IMG/VR virus record: IMGVR_UViG_2579778952_000003
Origin: a virus
Lineage: Duplodnaviria > Heunggongvirae > Uroviricota > Caudoviricetes
Reading direction: 5' to 3' (one strand)
Length of the DNA stretch: 13,627 nt
Positions 7,592-13,627 of the stretch are shown in pieces. The number at the start of each line of letters is the position of its first letter. Position 1 is the stretch's first letter. A model generated the notes under the pieces. That model saw only the letters and a program-made list of their open reading frames with translations, made no database searches and was not told where the DNA came from. The translations under genes and the position numbers were made by a program.

Positions 7592-8112
7592 GTATCCCCC
7601 TTTGCTGCCCGGCGCTGGCGCTTGTGCTTCTCATTCAGCACCATCAGCCGTGTTTCTGCCTCCTGCTGTTCCTGTGGTGTCACTTCCCCACATGGCTGGC
7701 CTTTCAGGTCGTAACGTGCGCCACCAGCTATCAGGGCGCGGTAATAGCGCGGAGACTGCGCATAGGATGCCAGCGTCGCACGTAATACCCCCGGCCCGAA
7801 TGCCAGCCCCCTGACGGCGATATCCTGCATCAGGTCGTCGAATATCCCCACCTTAAGCGGCTTCGGTGCTTTATGGCTGAATAAGTCAGGCCACATCTCA
7901 GTGAGGCGGTTAACGCGTCGGCGGTTTTTGCGCTGCCTTTTGGTCATATGCTGCCACGGTGTCGCCCCTGTGGGCTTCTGCTGTGCGTTCTGATTGCCGG
8001 GTATCACTTTATGCGCCGATGTGGTTTTATCCTGCTCTTGCGCCGCCTGCGTCGTTTTCTGCGGCGTGCCGTAAATGCCTTTCGGCTTCCGGTTAATGGT
8101 CAGCGTTGTCAT
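7582..8112 (-). CDS. ProQ/FinO-domain RNA-binding protein (176 aa)
   Basis: PLKVGIFDDLMQDI and ASYAQSPRYYRALIAGGARYDLKGQPCGEVTPQEQQEAETRL parallel the E. coli ProQ N-terminal FinO-like domain (PLKIGIFQDL ... [35 protein letters not shown]) as recalled from memory. Basic, Gln-rich N-terminal extension; AGGGGAAGG Shine-Dalgarno. Confidence 0.8.
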   Translation of the reverse strand: MTTLTINRKPKGIYGTPQKTTQAAQEQDKTTSAHKVIPGNQNAQQKPTGATPWQHMTKRQRKNRRRVNRLTEMWPDLFSHKAPKPLKVGIFDDLMQDIAVRGLAFGPGVLRATLASYAQSPRYYRALIAGGARYDLKGQPCGEVTPQEQQEAETRLMVLNEKHKRQRRAAKGDTCQ

Positions 8113-8148
8113 GCCTTCCCCTGTAATTACTCTGTTCGCTGTTGTGAA

Positions 8149-8574
8149 TTAAAACGGTATGTTATCCCCGTACGGGTCATCGTGCTGGCTTGTCTGTTGT
8201 TTTGCCCTGTTCAGTGCGTCAGTGGCCTGGCCCTGTTGACCTTTTTTGCCGCCCGGTCGCGCCGTTCGCGCACTGATTACGCTGTCTGCAATAACCTGCC
8301 AGCCCTGCCGCGTTTCCCCGTTCTGGCCTGTCCACTGGCTCACCTGCATGTTACCCGCCACGCTCACCAGTTCGCCTTTGTGGTGTTTTGCCAGTGCGTC
8401 GGCCTGTCTGCCAAACGCCAGGACAGATAACCACATCGTCGCCGTTCCGTCATCTGCCTGGCTGCACGGCAGGGGAACCGCCATACTCGCCATCGCCATT
8501 TGTGTCCCTTTGCTGGTGGTCTTTAACTGCGGGTCAGCCACCAGCCGCCCGTAAGCCGCTATCTGTGCTGTCAT
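8149..8574 (-). CDS. ssb: Single-stranded DNA-binding protein homologue (141 aa)
   Basis: OB-fold-like core (IAAYGRLVADPQLK ... WLSVLAFGRQADALAKHHKGELVSVAGNMQVSQWTGQNGETRQGW), Gly/Gln-rich linker and an acidic C-terminal tip ending DNIPF (E. coli SSB ends DDDIPF). Confidence 0.8.
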   Translation of the reverse strand: MTAQIAAYGRLVADPQLKTTSKGTQMAMASMAVPLPCSQADDGTATMWLSVLAFGRQADALAKHHKGELVSVAGNMQVSQWTGQNGETRQGWQVIADSVISARTARPGGKKGQQGQATDALNRAKQQTSQHDDPYGDNIPF

Positions 8575-8816
8575 GCTGTCTGCTCTCCGGTTTTAACGTT
8601 GATGGTTGTCACCTGTTCCGCTTCGGCAATCTCCCGTTCTGTCAGCGTGGCAAAGTTTGCCGCTGCCGTGGTCATGAATGCGCTTACCAGTTCGGGATGT
8701 GCTTTTGCGTACCCTTCTCCCGCGTTGCGGTCGATGATTTTTATCGCCACCCTCAGCCAGTGTTCTGTCAAATCAAGGGCGTGAGATTGTGGTTTTTTTG
8801 CGTGCTTCGTTGTCAC
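8571..8816 (-). CDS. Hypothetical protein (81 aa), GTG start
   Basis: GAGGT Shine-Dalgarno 7 nt upstream of GTG at 8816; stop overlaps the ssb start (ATGA). First gene after the iteron block. Confidence 0.5.
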   Translation of the reverse strand: MTTKHAKKPQSHALDLTEHWLRVAIKIIDRNAGEGYAKAHPELVSAFMTTAAANFATLTEREIAEAEQVTTINVKTGEQTA

Positions 8817-8860
8817 AGGCTTTACCTCACAGCAATAAAATAAAATTTTTGCATTTTAAC

Positions 8861-9090
8861 CCTTCACCTGTTCACCTTTTGAGATTTTCCCTTTTTATTC
8901 ATAATGTTAAGGGGTGAACAGTTTCACAAAAACTATTCACCAACTGTTCACCACTGTTCACCCTTAAAGCTCAATAAATAATCAAAAAGGTGAACAGTGA
9001 ATAGTTTGGTGAACAGTTCACAAATAACTGTTCACCCTATAATGTACTGATATAAAAGATATTTATAACAGGGTGAACAGTGGTGAACAG
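8861..9090. repeat. Iteron array of TGTTCACC / GGTGAACA octamers in both orientations: candidate origin of replication
   Basis: At least nine copies read directly (8868-8876, 8914-8921, 8944-8952, 8954-8962, 8989-8998, 9008-9017, 9029-9037, 9072-9080, 9082-9090) in an AT-rich context directly 3' of the primase gene. TGTTCACC is the octamer bound by P4 alpha protein at ori and crr. Confidence 0.8.
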
Positions 9091-9103
9091 TTATTCCATA
9101 AGT

Positions 9104-10918
9104 TTAATTTTTGCTGTCGTCATTTGTGACCGATGCACATGATGGCATCCAGTCTTCTGAATCCTCTGTCAGTGTCACATTTGAACGCAAACCGTGCTTC
9201 GTTTTCCGTTTTATATACTCCCTGCCATATTCCGCCATTGCCCCCGGCATATCTTTACCGAAGCGCGTCAGTGTTACAGGTTTACCGAATCCGTGTGCCC
9301 TCATATATGCCAGATAGGCGTGATAAAGATACCTGCGCGGACTGAACGGAATAATTTCGGCATTACCCACTAACAGACCATCACACATTACCGACGACAT
9401 GAGATAGCCACAGAAGTCCACCAGCGAATCGCCCTCGCGTTTTATCACCAGAGCTTCTTCTGATTTCTGCTGCTCATACAGCAGGCGTTTAGCTTCGTCC
9501 TGGTCAGAAAAACGAGTAAGCAGATGGCGAATCACAACCGCCAGCTCTCCTTCTATTTTTTCTGCCAGCATGGGGTCGCGCTCGTTCTCCGGTACAACCT
9601 CCGAAAAATTGAATATCACCCGACGACGTGAGATCCCCCCGCTGCGGTCACTGAATGACATGGCGTTATTGTTCACCGCCAGCACGACCGCCTGAATGCG
9701 TGTTGAGTAGGGGGCTTTATGCTTCGGGTCGATTGCCACCTTGTCACCGCCTGTAATAGCCTTAATTCCTGCGCCATCACCAGCGTAGCGGGTCATATCC
9801 GGCATGATAATCAGCGAAAAGCCAACCACTAACGCGCGTTCCCTTGCATCTTCCAGCGCCTTCATGCTTGCCGATACTGTGTTGGCCTTACCCGCCAGCA
9901 TGGTGCAAATCTCCGCCATCACGCTTTTACCACTTCCCCCTGGACCTGTTACCTCAATGAATAACTGCCAGTCGTACCGGTTCGCCAGCACCATGAATAA
10001 TGCAGCCAGCACGCGATCCGTCTTGCGGTCATTCTCTGCCACCGAGCAGCGTAACCACTTCCAGAAATTCGGCGCATGTGTTGCCAGCGTTTCCCCCTCT
10101 GCTGGTGGGCTGAAAGGTAATTCACTGGCAATTAACAACCAGTCGTTTTTGTTATGCTCCCGAAAATTACCTGTTCTGGTATCAAATACCCCGTTACTGA
10201 ATCCAATCAGGTTACGGGCTGTATTCCCCATTACAGGCAAACTTAACTTCATGGTATCGACCGCCGATTTAATGGCGTTCTGCGAATAGCTGATCTCCGC
10301 ATCAATGAAAATCTGCGCCATAGCACGCTGTAACTCTTTATCCTGAATCGGCTCCCATACAACGCCGTTGTAATGGTGAACAGTGTCAGAGTCGGCATGA
10401 ATCGCCAGTTCACCGCCATAATGTGCCAGGAGAACTTCGCCGCGCTGGCTTGCTCCCATCTGGTTAAGCGCCAGTGGTGCGGCGCTGTCTTCTGTTTTTT
10501 TCTTAACAGGAAGCTGAATCACCAGACCATCAGAAAGATTCTGGCGCTCACGGGCCAGATATTCGCGCCAGTTCTGCACCTCCTGGCCGTGCATACCCTC
10601 AGGATAAAAATTTGCATCCTGTACGCCTGCCGCCGCCAGCTTCTGACCAATCGCCTTTATCATTACTGGCGCAAGATATCCGGCCCTGAATATGCGCACG
10701 GATTTTCTGCCTTCCGGCACAATTTGCAGCTTATCCAGTTCGGATAACTGCTGCTCCCCAAGCCACACAGGAGGCTCATTATCTCCGGCCATACGCGCGT
10801 CATGTTCCTGCCATTGTTTTGCGTGTGACCAGGCATCACTACCCGCAAAAATAATGACTTCTGTTTCTTTGTGTTTTATGCCGCGTGACTGCTGTTTTAC
10901 GTTCGGTGCCAGTTTCAT
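9104..10918 (-). CDS. P4 alpha-type primase-helicase (604 aa)
   Basis: Primase-like N-terminal half, Walker A GPGGSGKS in the middle, long C-terminal domain; adjacent to the iterons it would bind. AGGGG Shine-Dalgarno; ATG overlaps the upstream gene's stop (ATGA). Confidence 0.9.
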   Translation of the reverse strand: MKLAPNVKQQSRGIKHKETEVIIFAGSDAWSHAKQWQEHDARMAGDNEPPVWLGEQQLSELDKLQIVPEGRKSVRIFRAGYLAPVMIKAIGQKLAAAGVQDANFYPEGMHGQEVQNWREYLARERQNLSDGLVIQLPVKKKTEDSAAPLALNQMGASQRGEVLLAHYGGELAIHADSDTVHHYNGVVWEPIQDKELQRAMAQIFIDAEISYSQNAIKSAVDTMKLSLPVMGNTARNLIGFSNGVFDTRTGNFREHNKNDWLLIASELPFSPPAEGETLATHAPNFWKWLRCSVAENDRKTDRVLAALFMVLANRYDWQLFIEVTGPGGSGKSVMAEICTMLAGKANTVSASMKALEDARERALVVGFSLIIMPDMTRYAGDGAGIKAITGGDKVAIDPKHKAPYSTRIQAVVLAVNNNAMSFSDRSGGISRRRVIFNFSEVVPENERDPMLAEKIEGELAVVIRHLLTRFSDQDEAKRLLYEQQKSEEALVIKREGDSLVDFCGYLMSSVMCDGLLVGNAEIIPFSPRRYLYHAYLAYMRAHGFGKPVTLTRFGKDMPGAMAEYGREYIKRKTKHGLRSNVTLTEDSEDWMPSCASVTNDDSKN

Positions 10919-11214
10919 TTTTTACCCCTGAATCCGTTAATCATGGTTTTCAGCTTCTGGATGTTTGCCCGTGCCCTGGCGTTGCTGGTGGACACGTTAT
11001 GCGGCGCGGTCTGTACCAGAGAAAAATCACGCCGGAACTGATAAACAGGCATCACGCAATCATATTCGTAACCTTCACGGCGGTAGGTTACGCGCCGTTC
11101 TTCCACGCCCTTAATCATTACCGTGCCGCCGTACTGGTCGCGGTAAATATCGCCGCGCGTAAATTTAGGGTGAGTGTTGCCACTGGCAGTTAAGCCAGAA
11201 TATTTAAGTTTCAT
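10915..11214 (-). CDS. Hypothetical protein (99 aa)
   Basis: ORF translationally coupled to the primase; no recognisable motif. Confidence 0.55.
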   Translation of the reverse strand: MKLKYSGLTASGNTHPKFTRGDIYRDQYGGTVMIKGVEERRVTYRREGYEYDCVMPVYQFRRDFSLVQTAPHNVSTSNARARANIQKLKTMINGFRGKK

Positions 11215-11219
11215 TATTT

Positions 11220-11453
11220 TTATTCTCCGGTGTGCTGTTCTTTATATCTGTCGTGCAATAGATCTATTTCTTGCAGTTCCATTATTACAGGCTCAAGAAG
11301 CGTTATTAATGCCGTGGCAATTCTTGATTTTTGTTTGTCGCGTTCATTGTCGCCAAGTGTTTCAAGCCATATGCGCAATATTTCCAGCATGTTTTCACTG
11401 TGAGAAAGTGCAAGAAATGCGCGGTCTATTGTTTCGTGGTAAATATCACGCAT
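11220..11453 (-). CDS. Hypothetical protein (77 aa)
   Basis: ORF with GAGGA Shine-Dalgarno; overlaps the upstream gene's stop by 8 nt. Confidence 0.5.
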   Translation of the reverse strand: MRDIYHETIDRAFLALSHSENMLEILRIWLETLGDNERDKQKSRIATALITLLEPVIMELQEIDLLHDRYKEQHTGE

Positions 11454-12039
11454 GGCTTACATCCTCAGGAAATTTTCTTCTATAACGCGCCTCTGCCACA
11501 TATTCCGCATAATCGGCGGCGATATTCAGTACATCAAGCCCCGTTGATTTATATTCTCTCGTGGAAAGTAAGAAAAAAGCCGCTCTAATAAGCTCTGGCA
11601 TTGACGAAAGCGCATCAGCTGCATTATCAGGAACGCCGGAAAATTCCTGTTTCAGGGAATTAAAACGATCATCACGCATGTTTACCCCCCCCTGAATGAC
11701 CTGATAACCGCAACTGGTCAGCAACTCGATAAATTCCGGCAGTGTGCCGAAACAGCAATCATCACGCAGCCGTTCGCAGGATACCTCGACGCCGTTTTCG
11801 TAGTGACTCACCATACATCCGGTAAAATGCAGATCATCATCGTGATGGCTCGTTGACGGCTTAATCAGTCGCGCACGTTCCGCCAGTTCCAGCAATGCTT
11901 CAACGCTTCCGGCAATTGCACCATCCGGCAGGTGATAATTACGCACTATGCGCCCGTTCTCCACATTGACCAGCAACTGCCCGGTAAATTTCTCGTCAAA
12001 CTGAATGCTGTTAAGGTCAGAAATTGACAGGTTATGCAT
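11446..12039 (-). CDS. Hypothetical protein (197 aa from ATG at 12039), Cys-rich, contains a G8 tract in the coding strand
   Basis: Strong AGGAGG Shine-Dalgarno 5 nt upstream of the ATG at 12039 (the track start at 12057 lies inside the Shine-Dalgarno). G8 (plus-strand C8 at 11685-11692) encodes QGGV. Confidence 0.6.
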   Translation of the reverse strand: MHNLSISDLNSIQFDEKFTGQLLVNVENGRIVRNYHLPDGAIAGSVEALLELAERARLIKPSTSHHDDDLHFTGCMVSHYENGVEVSCERLRDDCCFGTLPEFIELLTSCGYQVIQGGVNMRDDRFNSLKQEFSGVPDNAADALSSMPELIRAAFFLLSTREYKSTGLDVLNIAADYAEYVAEARYRRKFPEDVSHA

Positions 12040-12256
12040 GGTGCACCTCCTGCACATCAGCCATGATAATTTTTCCGGCCTTATCCAGTGCCTGATCGGC
12101 TTTTAGCTGCACAAATGCTAAATAATGGAAGATGCATTCTGATTCTCTGGCTGCGTGTTTATGCGCCCTGTCAGCAATAACAGAAATATCAATAAGCGCG
12201 TGCATCAGCGTAGTGAGCGCGGCGGCTGCTGCGTCCGGTGTGGTTTTATTGCACAT
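12032..12256 (-). CDS. Hypothetical protein (74 aa)
   Basis: AGGGGG Shine-Dalgarno upstream of the ATG at 12256; overlaps neighbours at both ends. Confidence 0.5.
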   Translation of the reverse strand: MCNKTTPDAAAAALTTLMHALIDISVIADRAHKHAARESECIFHYLAFVQLKADQALDKAGKIIMADVQEVHHA

Positions 12257-12452
12257 GGCCTACCCCCTGGCGAATACGGGCAGCGAATACCATCACGCAG
12301 CCAGCCGGGGATTGCTGGCGTGCTTCCTGTTCGCTGGTGGCCTCAATGGTAATCACGCGCGGTTGTGCCGTGCTCAGGGCGATAAAACGCCAGATGTATT
12401 TATTCAGGTTGTACGAGTCCCGCCCTTGCGGGTGTCTGGTATAATTTCTCAT
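12246..12452 (-). CDS. Hypothetical protein (68 aa), first gene of the early operon
   Basis: GAGGT Shine-Dalgarno 5 nt upstream of the ATG at 12452 (MRNYT...). This is the credible 3' portion of the 305-aa track ORF, whose upstream part is rejected. Confidence 0.5.
   Translation of the reverse strand: MRNYTRHPQGRDSYNLNKYIWRFIALSTAQPRVITIEATSEQEARQQSPAGCVMVFAARIRQGVGHVQ
12437..12445 (+). promoter_or_regulatory. Extended -10 promoter element TGgTATAAT on the plus strand, antisense to the first early gene
   Basis: Perfect TATAAT at 12440-12445 preceded by TG at 12437-12438; a plus-strand terminator follows 45-85 nt downstream. No good -35, which an extended -10 can do without. Confidence 0.3.
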
Positions 12453-12530
12453 AGCTACCTCGATACTATCGTTATCGTTGGTGGTTAGAAGCCCGTTGGT
12501 GTTCCTAGCGCCTTCGGGCTTTGCTTTTTT
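12452..12530 (+). ncRNA. Candidate cis-antisense small RNA (about 75-80 nt) complementary to the ribosome-binding site and start of the first early gene
   Basis: Inferred only from the promoter-like element at 12437-12445 plus the terminator at 12489-12530. Not demonstrated. Confidence 0.25.
12489..12530 (+). terminator. Candidate plus-strand intrinsic terminator in the switch region
   Basis: AAGCCCG (12489-12495) pairs with CGGGCTT (12515-12521); an alternative compact GCC-UUCG-GGC hairpin sits inside the loop; followed by TTTGCTTTTTT. Confidence 0.4.
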
Positions 12531-12545
12531 AAGTGTCCCTGTGTT

Positions 12546-12591
12546 AAGGTGACCACCTAACAATAGAAAGGCTAATTCAATAGGTGACCAC
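12546..12591. promoter_or_regulatory. Two direct copies of (A/T)AGGTGACCAC, each containing the GGTnACC palindrome, flanking a TAGA-containing spacer; candidate operator
   Basis: Copies at 12546-12557 and 12581-12591; the second overlaps the likely Shine-Dalgarno (AGGTG) of the Arc-like gene. Confidence 0.4.
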
Positions 12592-12783
12592 TTGTCAACA
12601 ATCAAACGTGATAAAAGCCCTAAGGGTGATGGGCAATCCCCACAATTCAGAATGCGAATTTCTCCAGAGCTAAAAGAGCAATTCGACAAAGAAGCGCAGA
12701 GCGACGGCATAAGCCTAGCCAACTGGCTTAAAGAGTTGGGGCGCGCTGAACTAAAGCGGCGCGGTATAGAACCCAAAGGTTGA
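12592..12783 (+). CDS. Arc/Mnt-like ribbon-helix-helix DNA-binding protein (63 aa with TTG start), divergent from the early operon
   Basis: PQFRMRISPELKEQFDKEAQSDGISLANWLKEL parallels P22 Arc (PQFNLRWPREVLDLVRKVAEENGRSVNSEIYQRV) and Mnt (PHFNFRMPMEVREKLKFRAEANGRSMNSELLQIV) as recalled from memory. An ATG start at 12652 would cut the beta-strand, so TTG at 12592 is favoured. Confidence 0.65.
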   Translation: MSTIKRDKSPKGDGQSPQFRMRISPELKEQFDKEAQSDGISLANWLKELGRAELKRRGIEPKG

Positions 12784-12921
12784 TAGCCCACCAGCAAGCC
12801 AGCACATTCACCATAATGACCCTCGGTTAAACCTAGAGTCATTGGTGTAAACCTGACAGATTGTCCACCAGCCGCAAATGTGGCATTGTTGGTGATGCTT
12901 TTGTTTTCCCTTGTTCCCACT

Positions 12922-12950
12922 GGCGACCCTTTTGCGGTCGCCTTTGTTTT
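12922..12950 (+). terminator. Plus-strand intrinsic terminator downstream of the Arc-like gene
   Basis: GGCGACC-cttttgc-GGTCGCC (7-bp perfect stem) followed by TTTGTTTT. Confidence 0.6.
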
Positions 12951-13045
12951 GCCTGTTATCCGGCAATAGTGGCGCTTCACCACACGGTTGATATAATTCC
13001 CCTGCACTGATCCATTTTTTTCGCAGCAGGTTAATTGTTCAGAAA

Positions 13046-13073
13046 GGCGGTTCCTTATCGGGGCCGCTTTTTT
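13046..13073 (+). terminator. Possible second plus-strand terminator
   Basis: Short GC stem (GCGG ... CCGC) followed by a T7 run. Stem is weak. Confidence 0.3.
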
Positions 13074-13188
13074 TATGCCTGAAAATACCCGATAACATGG
13101 CTTTTTAGTTTCACCAGGACGAACGAAGCCCCGCCCCTGTTCGGGCGTATATCCAGTATTCATGGTTAGATCTCTGTGTTAGTGGATG

Positions 13189-13209
13189 GGTGGCGGCGGT
13201 GCGCCGCCA
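13189..13209. other. Perfect GC hairpin GGCGGCG-gtg-CGCCGCC directly 3' of alpA, with no U tract
   Basis: 7-bp all-GC stem with a 3-nt loop, 7 nt after the alpA stop. Not a canonical intrinsic terminator. Confidence 0.5.
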
Positions 13210-13215
13210 GCCTGA

Positions 13216-13419
13216 TTAGTGAACTGCCTCGCGGCTGTCCTTCCATGCCAGAACTTCGGATAAAGACCAGCCAACGGAACGACCGCCGAGTTTACGCCGT
13301 GATGGGAATTGTCCAGTCTTCTCCAGGCGATACCGACATGAGCGGCTCAGGCCTGTAAGTTGCTGACATTCTTTTTCACGTATAAAGCGATCAGCGCTTA
13401 ACACTATTGCCTCCGTCAT
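13216..13419 (-). CDS. alpA: AlpA-family transcriptional regulator / excisionase-like protein (67 aa)
   Basis: LTGLSRSCRYRLEKTGQFPSRRKLGGRSVGWSLSEVLAW matches the AlpA (prophage CP4-57 regulator) helix-turn-helix signature. GGAGG Shine-Dalgarno 5 nt upstream of the ATG. Confidence 0.85.
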   Translation of the reverse strand: MTEAIVLSADRFIREKECQQLTGLSRSCRYRLEKTGQFPSRRKLGGRSVGWSLSEVLAWKDSREAVH

Positions 13420-13556
13420 TTCTCAAAGAGTCATTTGGTGTCTTATTGTGTCGTATTGTTCCCGCTAGAGTGATGAATGGCAAATATTGGTGACGGTCGT
13501 TTTACAGATATGGGGTAATTAGAATAAAAATACTTTTAATTCATTGTGATGTAGTA

Positions 13557-13585
13557 GCGTAAAATTTTGCTTTTACGCCTTTTTT
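13557..13585 (+). terminator. Plus-strand intrinsic terminator upstream of alpA (antisense orientation)
   Basis: GCGTAAAA-ttttgc-TTTTACGC (8-bp perfect stem) followed by CTTTTTT. The reverse orientation has no U tract. Confidence 0.55.
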
Positions 13586-13627
13586 ACATATTTTTAAGAG
13601 TGATTCGCCAGTGTATAAAAAAACAGT

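Larger units (their letters stand above)
352..13627 (-). mobile_element. Partial phage satellite / chromosomal island: P4-like regulation and replication module plus HK97-type head and HNH-TerS-TerL packaging module, no tail genes; integrase end outside the window
   Basis: Continuous minus-strand gene array with overlapping or coupled starts; satellite hallmarks (AlpA, P4 alpha-like primase, iterons) together with head and terminase genes; no tail, lysis or integrase ORF in 13.6 kb. Left boundary is uncertain (somewhere in 1-780). Confidence 0.7.

Noticed and set aside
8861-9090. CRISPR array
   Set aside because: Repeats are only 8-9 bp, occur in both orientations and have irregular short spacers. 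This is an iteron origin, not a CRISPR.
12246-13163. 305-aa minus-strand ORF spanning the whole switch region
   Set aside because: Only the last 68 codons (ATG at 12452, with Shine-Dalgarno) look like a gene. The upstream 237 codons are low-complexity (Gly/Ser/Arg/Cys-rich) and run antisense through the well-supported Arc-like gene and three plus-strand terminators. Treated as a chance open frame in GC-rich DNA.
1-13627. Integrase, toxin-antitoxin pair, restriction-modification or other recognisable defence system
   Set aside because: No ORF in the window has tyrosine or serine recombinase, nuclease-ATPase or methyltransferase character. The integrase is presumably beyond the right edge. The small unknown genes at 10915-12452 cannot be assigned to a defence family from sequence alone.

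Overview
Almost the whole window is one mobile element, transcribed mainly on the minus strand, that looks like a phage satellite or phage-inducible chromosomal island carrying its own head and packaging genes but no tail genes. From right to left it has three parts. (1) A regulatory region: an AlpA-family regulator (13216-13419), a plus-strand Arc/Mnt-like ribbon-helix-helix gene (12592-12783) facing the early operon, and several plus-strand intrinsic terminators. (2) An early/replication operon: five small unknown genes, a P4 alpha-type primase-helicase (9104-10918), TGTTCACC-type iterons (8861-9090), an SSB-like gene, a ProQ/FinO-domain gene and two more small genes, closed by a strong terminator (7313-7333). 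(3) A head/packaging operon in the order major capsid protein, prohead protease, portal, gp6-like connector, HNH endonuclease, small and large terminase, and a 97-aa unknown (783-7069). No tail, baseplate, lysis or integrase gene is present; the integrase and one att site are presumably beyond the right edge. The left 780 bp is non-coding and holds two separate repeat architectures that may be packaging or attachment sites. All calls rest on reading the ORF translations and the sequence by eye; no database search was run.
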